NCBI RefSeq assembly: GCF_000179635.2
Contig: NC_014833.1
Span: 2,910,001-2,942,000, forward strand
Reading direction: 5' to 3'
DNA from: Ruminococcus albus 7 = DSM 20455
Lineage (GTDB): Bacteria > Bacillota > Clostridia > Oscillospirales > Ruminococcaceae
DNA: 32,000 nt
Shown here: positions 14,061-22,754 of the stretch, in pieces
How the letters are laid out: every line of letters begins with the position of its first letter
How positions within the stretch are numbered: position 1 is the first letter of the stretch
Translations under genes and position numbers: made by a program
The notes under the pieces: model-generated
Database searches by the model: none
What the model was told of the DNA's origin: nothing
The model's input: only the letters and a program-made list of their open reading frames with translations

Positions 14061-17000
14061 AATCGATCTTACCGGTATTATTGTTGTTATTGTTATTCTG
14101 CTCTTCCTGATTATTGTTCTCCTGATTGTTATTCTGCGAAGTCTCAGTAGAAGTCTTGCCGTTTACTACAGTTGTAGCATCCATAGTACCGCCGTAAACA
14201 TCGAAATAAGATGCCAGCTTGGAGGTATCGGTATGGAGCAGATAGTTGCCGGAAGGAATGTAGCATACAGACGAATTGGTATCAAAGTTTGCATACTGGC
14301 AGTCAGTATTTACCTTTGTAGACTTGCTGGATACTACAGTACCCTGCATATCGCCCTTGCAGCCGTTCAGTACATCATTGTAGCTCTTTACTGCGCCCAG
14401 TTTAACCTGCATAGGATTCTTGCAGTTGTTGAATACATTGTACTCAGAGAAGATATAAGCGTTAGCTCTGGGATTCATGCAGTAGCTTGACTGACTTTCA
14501 AATATATTGTTGTACATATGGATATTTGCCTGACGAGCCAGAGGTCCTCTGGATTCGCACTTGTTCCAGTAGTTGTGGTGATATGTCAGGTGGAACTGGA
14601 GGTTGCTGTCAGAAGCACCTACCAGGTTAGTCTTGTGGTAGCCCTCATAGTAGCAGTAGCTGTTTGTGAAGTACAGACCACGCTTGAAGTCGCAAGCACC
14701 GTCGCCGCCTGCCTTATCAGACTCAGCAGGGTTGGAGATAGAAGGTGCATAGAACTCACAGTTATGTACCCAGCATCTCTCAACAGGTGCTGTAAGCTTG
14801 GAGCTCTCCTGAACGCCTTCCATACCTACACAGTCCTCGGGAACGTTCTTGAATGCTATGTTCTTGATCTCAAAGCTCTTACCAAAGTCAGTTGCAGCAG
14901 ACTCAGCCATGAAGTGGAAGCCCCAGCCGTTAACTGTTGCATCAGGACCGATACCCTCGATAGTGATATCCTTACCTGACTTCATTCTTGCCATGTAGCC
15001 GTTATCACCTACGCTGCCGCCGAAGTCGGTGGAGTCATAAGCTGTCAGACCGGAAGGAGCCTTAACGTCACCGATTATACGGATGACCAGAGGAGTGCCG
15101 TCCTGTGCCAGCTTCTTGATGATACCTGCATTGGAGTTAGACTTTGAACCGCCGTTGGAGGTCTTTCCGCCGCCTATATCCTGACCTGCAGAGTTGAGTA
15201 TATTACCGATACCTGTAACAGTAGTGCCATCCTTGGAGGTAACAGTTACCTTATCCTTGTTATCATTAGTAACATAGATCACCTTTGCGTTGGACTTCAG
15301 TGTACCCTTATCGGTGTAAGCACCTACGCCAGCTGTATAGTTATAGTGTGCATAGCCCGAACGATCCTGTGCATTTACCTGCAGACCGCTCTGAACGATA
15401 GTGCCCTTGGAAGTAGCAACAAATATAGAATAAGTACCTGCGGGAACACCGGGGATATCGATCCTCAGACCGGAAGATGTATCTCTTACCAGATAAGCAA
15501 GATCATCACCTGTCAGCTTGCCGGAAGCTGCGCCGGAATAAGATACGCCTGTTACGTCAGAATCCTTGATACCTGACATTACCAGATACAGAGCCTCGTT
15601 CCAGCCGCCTGCGCTTATAATCTTAAAACCGTTTATATTAACGTTGCTGCTGGTATTGTTGTTATTATTGTTATTATTATTGTTATTATTGTTGTTCTCA
15701 TACTGAGAAGAACTGTCATTGTTCTGATTCTGGGATGAGCTGTTGCCAGGCTCAACATAAGTGCTGCCATCGGTAGAATATACCATATAGAACAGATTTG
15801 CTACATCTGCCTTAGCAAGAGTATGTGTACCTGCTGAAACATTTGTAGTGATAACACCGTTAGATGCTGTCAGCTTTGTTCCGTCCAGCTTTATAGTACC
15901 TGTGCTCTCAGCGAATACCAGTGTCAGCTTGCCTGCTGCGGGTGCCTTGAAGCTGATGCTTGTAGCGTTCTCGATCTTCAGGCACTGAGTAAGTGTCTTT
16001 CCGCCGTAGCTTACAGAGCCCTTGGAGGTAGACAGATTACCGCTGATAGAGAAGAAGCTGCTGGAGGTACCATTAGCTGTGAAGTCATGTGCATAAGCAG
16101 AAGATGACGAAGATGTATTGTTATTGCCCTGTGAGCTTGATGAAGTATCAGGCTTGGAGCTTGAAGAGGTATCAGGCTGTGAGCTGCTGCTGTTATTGTT
16201 ATTATTGTTATTGTTCTGGGAAGGTGTTGTGGAATCAGAGAATCCGGAGCCTATAGCCTTGATGGAATCCTTATAGGACTTCAGTGCAGACTTCAGTTCG
16301 TTGTTGACTGCATAGCTCTCATCATCTACTGAGTTATTGAATGTCCACTTGAAGTCACCGCCCTGAACACGGCCTGCATTTGCCTTTACAGTTTCAACAG
16401 CTGCTGCAGGTGACTGAGCAGTGTAGCTGTACATAGCGCTTGAAGTATCAAAGTTATTGTATGTGCTGCCGCCCTGCTTTGCCTTTACGGAAGAAGGAAC
16501 CTTCTCGGTCGCACTGCTTGCCTCATAAGCGTCAAAGTCAGTGGAGTTCTTCTGATAAGAAACATAGCCCTTGGTCTTGTCGCCGGTAACAGTATTGTTG
16601 TAAGCCTTGATGATACCGCCGTTCTCACCTGAGAATGTACCGCCTGTAGCATCATCGGAGCCCTGCTTGGATATCAGCATAGGATATTTGCAGTTACGGA
16701 AGTAGTTGTTCTCAACGAAAGCTGATGCGCCCAGTGTAACGCCTACGCCATACTTGGAGTTGCCGTCGAAGTAGTTGTTATAGATATGTACCGAGCAGGT
16801 TCTGATTCTGGGGTGACGTGAATCAGAGTGATCGTACCAGTTGTGGTGATATGTGATGTAGTTGCTGGTAGTTTCAGACTTCATACCCTGCAGGTTGCAC
16901 TTTCCGGAATCCCAGAAGTGGTTGTAGGAATGAGTGATGTAGGTAGATGTCTTGGTATCCAGTGCGCCGTCGCCCTTAGCCTGGTCAGCATCGGAACCTG

Positions 17001-17892
17001 CATCGCCGTAGAACATATCGCAGTGGTGAACCCAAACGTGGTCATTCTTCTGCTGCAGACCAACGTTGTCGCCCTCAGAGCTGTTGCAGTTCATGAAACC
17101 GATGTTTCTGATCTCAACATTTGAGGAATTCTTAACTACGCAGCCGAAACCGTTAAAAGTAGCATCCTTGCCGACACCTTCGATGGTCAGACCGCAGGTA
17201 ACGGTATCAACATACAGGTCGCCGCTGGAAAGAGTGCTTGGGTCGGTGATGTTGCCGATGAAACGGATACAAACAGGACCGCACTTGGTATTGCTCTTCA
17301 GATTTGTGATGATGTTCTGTATGCCCTTTACAGAAGTGGAAGAACCCTTTTTGTCAGGCATTGTAACTGTTACGCTGTCCTTGTTGGAGTTAGTAACATA
17401 TATAACTGTCGCATTAGACTTGAGTGTACCATTGTCATTATAAGCGCCGGAAGATGAGCCGTTTACAAATGCGAAGCCCGAACGGTCATGAGCTATGGTG
17501 TTCACCTGAACACTGCCTGCCTTTGAGGTATCTTCCTTGCCACTGATGATAGGAACTATCTTCAGTGTATGGCTGCCGGCTTTAAGACCCAGTGCATCTG
17601 CACGGAAGCATGATGAATACTGACGTATCAGCATACTGTCGATCTTTGTTCCGTCAACATATACATTGTAGCCGGATGCGCCGGAAACTGCGCTCCACTC
17701 TGCATAAGCGCCCTCAGCATAGCCTGATGCCGCTGTTACTGCTACGGTAGATGTGCTTTCAGCTGTTACTACCATACCTACTGCAAAGAACGGAAGTGAA
17801 CCTGTGCTGCTTACCCCTGCGCCGAAAGACGAAGCAACTGTTGCTGTTGCCACCAGGGCAGCCATTGTCTTTTTCATAACATTAGCTTTCAT
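13789..17892 (-). CDS. Large secreted multimodular pectate lyase with two PL1-type catalytic modules, a central CBM-like module, Asn/Ser-rich linkers and a C-terminal Fn3-like module
   Basis: 1367 aa with a signal peptide. Module 1 has WVHHCD...GDGALD...HHNWYDHSDSRHPRIR...HIYNNYF. Module 2 has WVHNCE...GDGACD...HHNYWNKCESRGPLAR...HMYNNIF. Both show the PL1 pattern vWiDH...DG..D...R.P..R...NNyf. Each is preceded by a homologous ~120-aa N-terminal segment (AHDRSGFA.../AQDRSGYA...). Confidence 0.9.
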   Translation of the reverse strand: MKANVMKKTMAALVATATVASSFGAGVSSTGSLPFFAVGMVVTAESTSTVAVTAASGYAEGAYAEWSAVSGASGYNVYVDGTKIDSMLIRQYSSCFRADALGLKAGSHTLKIVPIISGKEDTSKAGSVQVNTIAHDRSGFAFVNGSSSGAYNDNGTLKSNATVIYVTNSNKDSVTVTMPDKKGSSTSVKGIQNIITNLKSNTKCGPVCIRFIGNITDPSTLSSGDLYVDTVTCGLTIEGVGKDATFNGFGCVVKNSSNVEIRNIGFMNCNSSEGDNVGLQQKNDHVWVHHCDMFYGDAGSDADQAKGDGALDTKTSTYITHSYNHFWDSGKCNLQGMKSETTSNYITYHHNWYDHSDSRHPRIRTCSVHIYNNYFDGNSKYGVGVTLGASAFVENNYFRNCKYPMLISKQGSDDATGGTFSGENGGIIKAYNNTVTGDKTKGYVSYQKNSTDFDAYEASSATEKVPSSVKAKQGGSTYNNFDTSSAMYSYTAQSPAAAVETVKANAGRVQGGDFKWTFNNSVDDESYAVNNELKSALKSYKDSIKAIGSGFSDSTTPSQNNNNNNNNSSSSQPDTSSSSKPDTSSSSQGNNNTSSSSSAYAHDFTANGTSSSFFSISGNLSTSKGSVSYGGKTLTQCLKIENATSISFKAPAAGKLTLVFAESTGTIKLDGTKLTASNGVITTNVSAGTHTLAKADVANLFYMVYSTDGSTYVEPGNSSSQNQNNDSSSQYENNNNNNNNNNNNNNTSSNVNINGFKIISAGGWNEALYLVMSGIKDSDVTGVSYSGAASGKLTGDDLAYLVRDTSSGLRIDIPGVPAGTYSIFVATSKGTIVQSGLQVNAQDRSGYAHYNYTAGVGAYTDKGTLKSNAKVIYVTNDNKDKVTVTSKDGTTVTGIGNILNSAGQDIGGGKTSNGGSKSNSNAGIIKKLAQDGTPLVIRIIGDVKAPSGLTAYDSTDFGGSVGDNGYMARMKSGKDITIEGIGPDATVNGWGFHFMAESAATDFGKSFEIKNIAFKNVPEDCVGMEGVQESSKLTAPVERCWVHNCEFYAPSISNPAESDKAGGDGACDFKRGLYFTNSYCYYEGYHKTNLVGASDSNLQFHLTYHHNYWNKCESRGPLARQANIHMYNNIFESQSSYCMNPRANAYIFSEYNVFNNCKNPMQVKLGAVKSYNDVLNGCKGDMQGTVVSSKSTKVNTDCQYANFDTNSSVCYIPSGNYLLHTDTSKLASYFDVYGGTMDATTVVNGKTSTETSQNNNQENNNQEEQNNNNNNNTGKIDYPTNVRANYSTQYHQIQFVWDKVEGADRYGIAVYLAGKWRIQTSSITTNSFVTPKNLTPGMTYKVAVAARVNGQWNTTDPIKNAITVTVK
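15655..15696 (-). repeat. Poly-Asn tract (14 consecutive AAT/AAC codons) in a linker
   Basis: The plus strand reads (ATT/GTT)14. Shorter tracts lie near 16186-16215 and 14077-14100. Confidence 0.9.
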
Positions 17893-18241
17893 ACTATCAA
17901 CTCTCCCTTAGTATTCCTTTTTCATAATTATACACCTTTTACCGAAACAAGCTTGTTCTTGTTTAATGATTTTATTATATACCAACTTCTGATGGATTTC
18001 CATTCAAAAATCAGTACTATTTATTCAAAAAATGTATCTTTTTGGCTGATTGTTCTAAAAATACACCACACACAAGAAATAATCTTCCAAAAACTACATA
18101 AAATCATTAAACATTTTCCTGATTCACATTCAATGCTTCACCGGATCCGCTACGCCTTCAGATCCATGTGATGCTCTCCGATCAATGCTGCAGTCATTGA
18201 TTTTTATATACCACTTATGTTATTTCATATTACTTAATTAA

Positions 18242-18270
18242 AGTATAGTCCCTAATTTCAAATATGTCAA
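18242..18270 (-). promoter_or_regulatory. Sigma-A promoter of the pectate lyase gene (~340-nt leader)
   Basis: On the minus strand: TTGACA (18270-18265), a 17-bp spacer, then TATACT (18247-18242). Confidence 0.55.
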
Positions 18271-18282
18271 CTACCAAAATAA

Positions 18283-18297
18283 ATGTAAACGTTTCCG
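18283..18297. promoter_or_regulatory. cre-like / LacI operator-like box upstream of the pectate lyase promoter
   Basis: aTGtAAaCGtttcCg has one mismatch to WTGNAANCGNWNNCW. The central CG lies 20 nt from the -35 edge, the same geometry as at the GH5 promoter. Confidence 0.4.
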
Positions 18298-18704
18298 AAA
18301 TTTATTTTCGTACCTTTCAATGATTTAAGATGAACACAGATGTGCAATATTTACATATCCTACTTATACTTACCGTTAAGCCAAGCCCCCTCCTCCGTTC
18401 TTGGACTTATAAGTAAAATAAACGAAACGCACATATAGCTGCGATACATCTTATTCAATAAACACTCACCACCCTTATGCCCGCAACAAACAAAGACTGT
18501 TTACAATTGTGATGTATGCGAATATTTTTATATAGTGCTCATTCAAATTACGAAACTATATAAAATTTTCTGTAATCGTTCGCAGCATATAAATACGTGC
18601 CTCGTTAACACCTCCTGCTCATCAGGATGCATCATCTGCAGCAACAGACACTGTACAGAGTTATCATCTCCCGTTCAGTGCCTGCTAAGCTCTTTCAGTA
18701 TCAA

Positions 18705-18731
18705 ATAAAAAAGACCCGCGAATGCGAGTCT
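18705..18731 (-). terminator. Intrinsic terminator after tRNA-Leu
   Basis: On the minus strand, agactcgc-attc-gcgggtct is followed by tttttatttg. Confidence 0.6.
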
Positions 18732-18738
18732 TTAATGA

Positions 18739-18822
18739 TGCAGGTAAGAAGACTTGAACTTCCACGAGGTTGCCCCCACTAGCACCTGAAGCTAGCGCGT
18801 CTGCCTATTCCGCCATACCTGC
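18739..18822 (-). tRNA. tRNA-Leu (anticodon CAG), type II with long variable arm, no encoded CCA
   Basis: The minus strand reads GCAGGTA-TG-GCG..CGC-...CTAGC-TTCAGGT-GCTAG-long variable arm-GGAAG-TTCAAGT-CTTCT-TACCTGC-A (84 nt). The acceptor stem is 7 bp, U33 precedes CAG, and the T-loop is TTCAAGT. Confidence 0.9.
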
Positions 18823-18875
18823 ATATTCTGTTTTGTTTTTGAGGTTTTTTTGTTTTGTCCCTCACAACAGTATCT

Positions 18876-18904
18876 ATTATATCACAACGAGCAGAGAAAG
18901 TCAA
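18876..18904 (-). promoter_or_regulatory. Sigma-A promoter of tRNA-Leu
   Basis: On the minus strand: TTGACT (18904-18899), a 17-bp spacer, then TATAAT (18881-18876) with TGa (extended -10). Confidence 0.6.
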
Positions 18905-19009
18905 CCCCTTTTGAAAATTTTTATCTTAAACATTTCATGAATTATTTTTATCAGTATCATCTTAGCCGTATACGTATTTTTAGGCTTCAAAGTCACCGAT
19001 GATCTTATA

Positions 19010-19039
19010 ATAAAAGGAGCGCAAACCAATTTGCGCTCC
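19010..19039 (-). terminator. Intrinsic terminator of the ABC/GldG/DUF4340 operon
   Basis: On the minus strand, ggagcgcaaa-ttgg-tttgcgctcc is followed by ttttatt. Confidence 0.65.
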
Positions 19040-19074
19040 AACATTATCGCTCTTCTTTTTAAGCAGCCATGCTT

Positions 19075-20475
19075 TTAATTACCGATCTCATTTTTAAGGA
19101 TCTCAATGTAATTCTTGCAGCCGTTCTTGCTTTCAAGGGCACTGCGGTTCACAGTCATGCCCACACACTTACCATCTATATACGCCCAGTAGCTCTCATC
19201 ATCTATAGGTACAAGAGCAAGTTCGCGCTTTGTGCCGTCTGTAAGTGTATAGCTGAATGTGCAGGTCGGCTTACCCATTTTCTCGGGTACATCATCACGG
19301 TAATCAGCGTGCTCCATTTCAGATACCGATGCAAACAGATATTCAAAATTCGCAGCCGCATCATCATTACCCAACGCTGTTACTTCAGTATCATCAAAGA
19401 TGTACTTCTGTGCCTCGTGATCCATGCTCAGCTTGTGCTTTTCACCCTCGACATCTATCTCCAGCGAAGATACAGACATAAACTGTTCCCTCATCGCCTG
19501 CTTGGCTGTCAGATCATACCACTTGCCTGAAAGGAAAGCTGCATTATTTATAGATATGGAGCAGACAGCACAGCTGTCAGCATCATAGCACCAGACCTCT
19601 TCAGCGTCCTCGCTGAATTCGGGGAATTCAAGTATATATGTCTTTTCATCAGTCACCGCAGTGAAGGTGTATGCAGGCTTATCCAGCCCATACTTTGCCA
19701 GCTCGTTCTCATCCTTGGTAAAGCCTTCAAACTTACCTGCCTGAACACGCACCAGATTAGTAAGTACGGTATTCACAGTTATGGCATCAATGCTGACATC
19801 CGTTTCAGGCGCATTCATCGTCCAGATCGCATCTCCGTCAAAATTACGCTGCAGATCATAGCTTGTTTCTCCGTTATGGACGAGTGAGAACTGTATTATA
19901 TCATTGTCATCACATTTAAAGATGTAAGGATCACGCAGCTTTGAGATATCACACTGCAGTTCCTTGCCCGTGTCATTATTAATACAGTATACCGTATCAT
20001 CACCGGGTATCATCACATAGCAGAATTCTTCGGTCGCCGAACTGTTTCCCACAAGAAGAGTATAATCCTTGTCGTCTGTGTGACACACGATAGTCACAGG
20101 TGAATCCAGACCATACCTGCTCATATCCCCTTCTTTAAAATCGGCTTTATGGTCAGCTTTCAGCCTGCTCATAGAAGCAGCAATAACATTGAGGTAATAG
20201 CTGTAAGGGGTAAAGCTGTACTGATAATCAGTTTCTTCAATGTTCCAGTTTCCCGATTTATCAAGGGTCAAATTAAAATGACCTTCGGAGTTGGTTATAT
20301 CTATGCCCTTGACGGTGTTGGAATCAAATGAAAACAGATTGAGAGCATCTTTTTCTTCCTTAACTGCCGCTTCCTCATTATCCTTTTTATGATCCACGTA
20401 GTAATATGCACCTGCGACACCTCCCAGGAGAATGACCAGAGCAGCACCGGTGGCGATCATTGATCTGCGATTCAT
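19075..20475 (-). CDS. DUF4340-like membrane-anchored protein (last gene of the ABC operon)
   Basis: 466 aa with an N-terminal TM segment (IATGAALVILLGGVAGAYYY) and a repetitive beta-rich ectodomain. The 4-nt start/stop overlap (ATGA) with the upstream gene matches the usual partnership with GldG-like proteins. The family name is recalled from typical operon context and is not verified. Confidence 0.75.
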   Translation of the reverse strand: MNRRSMIATGAALVILLGGVAGAYYYVDHKKDNEEAAVKEEKDALNLFSFDSNTVKGIDITNSEGHFNLTLDKSGNWNIEETDYQYSFTPYSYYLNVIAASMSRLKADHKADFKEGDMSRYGLDSPVTIVCHTDDKDYTLLVGNSSATEEFCYVMIPGDDTVYCINNDTGKELQCDISKLRDPYIFKCDDNDIIQFSLVHNGETSYDLQRNFDGDAIWTMNAPETDVSIDAITVNTVLTNLVRVQAGKFEGFTKDENELAKYGLDKPAYTFTAVTDEKTYILEFPEFSEDAEEVWCYDADSCAVCSISINNAAFLSGKWYDLTAKQAMREQFMSVSSLEIDVEGEKHKLSMDHEAQKYIFDDTEVTALGNDDAAANFEYLFASVSEMEHADYRDDVPEKMGKPTCTFSYTLTDGTKRELALVPIDDESYWAYIDGKCVGMTVNRSALESKNGCKNYIEILKNEIGN

Positions 20476-21992
20476 TCTGAATACCTCCGTCTGAGATATA
20501 CTGCGCCGCCGATAAGACCGACAACGACAGGTACAGCGATGAAGATGACATTTGTACCGATCGCCTTGGATCTGTTTTCTATTACCATTTCATCGACCGT
20601 CTGCTCCTTGTTTCCAATGCCGAAGTCAAGTGCCAGTTCGGAATCATACATCCAGGAGAATACAGATAACTGAAGGTTTACAAGAACTGTCGAATAAGCC
20701 TGATCGATATTATCATCATCCATAAAATCGGCAGTACCGATAACCATGACCTTTGAATCTGCACGAGCCTTATCAGTTGAATACATCGCAAGATCCAGAA
20801 CACTGTTTGCCAGAGTTTCACGAGGTTTAGCGCCTCCGTAAGGTCTGCCGATAGCAGTAGAAGAACCGTCGCCTATCTTGTCTGTCGTCTGGAGAAGTGA
20901 ACCGTTAAATACGTGATCACTGTTTGTACCCTGATTATAGATCGATACAAAACTTCTTGAATTTATCATAGTAGGGATCGCACCACCCTTATCTACTATG
21001 TCCCTGAGCTCACTTGTAATATCGATATCGGTGGTTTCATCTGCAACTACCAAGCTGCACATGAAAATCGTGTGATCATTCGGAACATACAGACTGGGGT
21101 CGGTCTCTTCAACAACGTCATAGTCCATGCCGATGTTGTATTCCTTCAAAAGTTTCTCAATGTTGACATAATCAAGTTCAGCATCGTTTGGCGACATCCA
21201 GAAGCAGATGTTTCCGCCTCTGTCAAGATAATCGTTCAGAGTTTTCAGCTCATTGTCCGAAATATCGTTCTTGGGAGCTGCCAAAATAACTATAGCGGCA
21301 TCCTCGGGAACGGAATCCTTGCTGATCAGATCAAGATTTTCGGCAATATAGTTATGTGCCGCAAGATTAGTTTTCAGCTTGGTGTAATCGGTATCGACAG
21401 ACTTTTCACCGTGACCGGTCAGGAAATAGATCTTTGTCTCTCTGCCTGTAACAACAGCATCTATCGCACCTGTGATTATGTTCTCACCTGTAAAGTAAAA
21501 AGAGCTTCTTGATTGCTTGCCATCGCTGCTTGGAGTGTTGATAGTATTGAACATCGTATATCTTGGGATACGCTTGCTTCTGCCCTCACACTCAACAACT
21601 ATATCACCCGAAGATAGTTCAAAACCGAGTTTCTTGAGTTCCTTGGTCTTTTCAGGTTCGCTGTCAGGCTCGAAAGCTTCAAAATTGATGCAGTCGTAGC
21701 TGGAATACTCTTTCATAGCGTTGTAAAGCGGCATTAACTCTCTTACAGTTGAAAGTTCATCCATATCCTGCAGGAAGTAGAAATTGACTTTCTTGTCAAC
21801 TGAATCAAGATAATCCGTGGTGGTATCAGTGAGCTTGTAAATGCCTGTGGGTGTCAGATCCCATGTGATATCCAGACGCGATACCATCAGATTTATCATT
21901 ACGACTATCGCCAGCGAGATCGCTGCGAAAATAAGCGCAACGGCGGTAAAGCCGAAAGACTTTTTCCGTTTATTGGTTTCTTTCTGTGCCAT
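20472..21992 (-). CDS. GldG-like auxiliary component of an ABC-2 type transport system
   Basis: 506 aa with N- and C-terminal TM segments flanking a large external domain. Its position after the ABC-2 permease matches the GldA/GldF/GldG-type arrangement. Confidence 0.75.
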   Translation of the reverse strand: MAQKETNKRKKSFGFTAVALIFAAISLAIVVMINLMVSRLDITWDLTPTGIYKLTDTTTDYLDSVDKKVNFYFLQDMDELSTVRELMPLYNAMKEYSSYDCINFEAFEPDSEPEKTKELKKLGFELSSGDIVVECEGRSKRIPRYTMFNTINTPSSDGKQSRSSFYFTGENIITGAIDAVVTGRETKIYFLTGHGEKSVDTDYTKLKTNLAAHNYIAENLDLISKDSVPEDAAIVILAAPKNDISDNELKTLNDYLDRGGNICFWMSPNDAELDYVNIEKLLKEYNIGMDYDVVEETDPSLYVPNDHTIFMCSLVVADETTDIDITSELRDIVDKGGAIPTMINSRSFVSIYNQGTNSDHVFNGSLLQTTDKIGDGSSTAIGRPYGGAKPRETLANSVLDLAMYSTDKARADSKVMVIGTADFMDDDNIDQAYSTVLVNLQLSVFSWMYDSELALDFGIGNKEQTVDEMVIENRSKAIGTNVIFIAVPVVVGLIGGAVYLRRRYSE

Positions 21993-22008
21993 GTATCATT
22001 CCCTCCAA

Positions 22009-22749
22009 TCAGTTATGGCTGCGGCGGCGATTTTCTATGTGAAGTATTATCCAGAAAAGCACCATAACAGTAAGGCTCAGGAAGAATATAAGATCTTCCA
22101 GACGGAACAGACCCTGTGCGAAGAACAGAAAACGTCGCTGCATAGAGAACCATGTAATAACAGAATTCATTTTGGGATTGCTCTCTATCCACTTAGTTGC
22201 CGCCAGCTGATCGAGAGCCAGGAAACCTTCCATAACTATCTCACCGATAATCGCTGCGATGATCGCATTACTCTGCATAGAGCTGAGCAGCATACCAATG
22301 GCAATGCATACAAGTCCCCACAGGAAGAAGCTGGCATAGCTGCATATCAGTGAAGACCATATTACCGTTCCGTGGAACGATACATAGATCGGGAAGAAAA
22401 GGGAAAGCACCAGCATGAATGCAAATACAGTCACGATAGAAAAAAACTTCGCCAGCACGATCTGTGTTATAGTCAGCGGGCTGGTAAGCAGCTGCACTTC
22501 CGTACCTCCGCGGCGCTCATCAGCAAATGAACGCATGGTCAGAAGCGGTATGATAAACATAAAATAGAAGAAATAGTTATAGAACATATCAGGGAAGGAG
22601 AACTGGTACACACTGGTCTTCATATTTGCTATACCGATAACGAAAAAGATACCGAAGATCAGCATGAACAGCGCCGACAGCACATACGCGAACGGTGAGT
22701 AAAAGAAAGACTGGATCTCCTTTTTATATAAAGAAAACATTTTGCACAC
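22009..22749 (-). CDS. ABC-2 type transporter permease (GldF-like)
   Basis: 246 aa with six predicted TM segments. It begins 5 nt downstream of the ATPase gene. Confidence 0.85.
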   Translation of the reverse strand: MCKMFSLYKKEIQSFFYSPFAYVLSALFMLIFGIFFVIGIANMKTSVYQFSFPDMFYNYFFYFMFIIPLLTMRSFADERRGGTEVQLLTSPLTITQIVLAKFFSIVTVFAFMLVLSLFFPIYVSFHGTVIWSSLICSYASFFLWGLVCIAIGMLLSSMQSNAIIAAIIGEIVMEGFLALDQLAATKWIESNPKMNSVITWFSMQRRFLFFAQGLFRLEDLIFFLSLTVMVLFWIILHIENRRRSHN

Positions 22750-22754
22750 CCCTT

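Noticed and set aside
15655-16215. AAT/AAC-rich repeats as a CRISPR array or a non-coding microsatellite.
   Set aside because: They stay in frame within the pectate lyase CDS and encode poly-Asn linkers. There is no repeat-spacer organisation anywhere in the window.
14020-17443. Several 76-156-aa plus-strand ORFs inside the pectate lyase gene.
   Set aside because: They are antisense shadow ORFs of a long GC3-biased CDS. They have no start context and low-complexity, Cys/Ile/Val-rich sequence.
17953-18171. A 72-aa plus-strand ORF in the pectate lyase upstream region.
   Set aside because: It has no RBS and AT-rich low-complexity translation. It lies within the predicted minus-strand 5' leader.
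18705-18904. tRNA-Leu as the attachment site of a genomic island carrying the CAZyme block.
   Set aside because: I found no direct repeat of the tRNA 3' end elsewhere in the window and no integrase gene. The CAZyme genes have promoters and codon style like the rest of the window.
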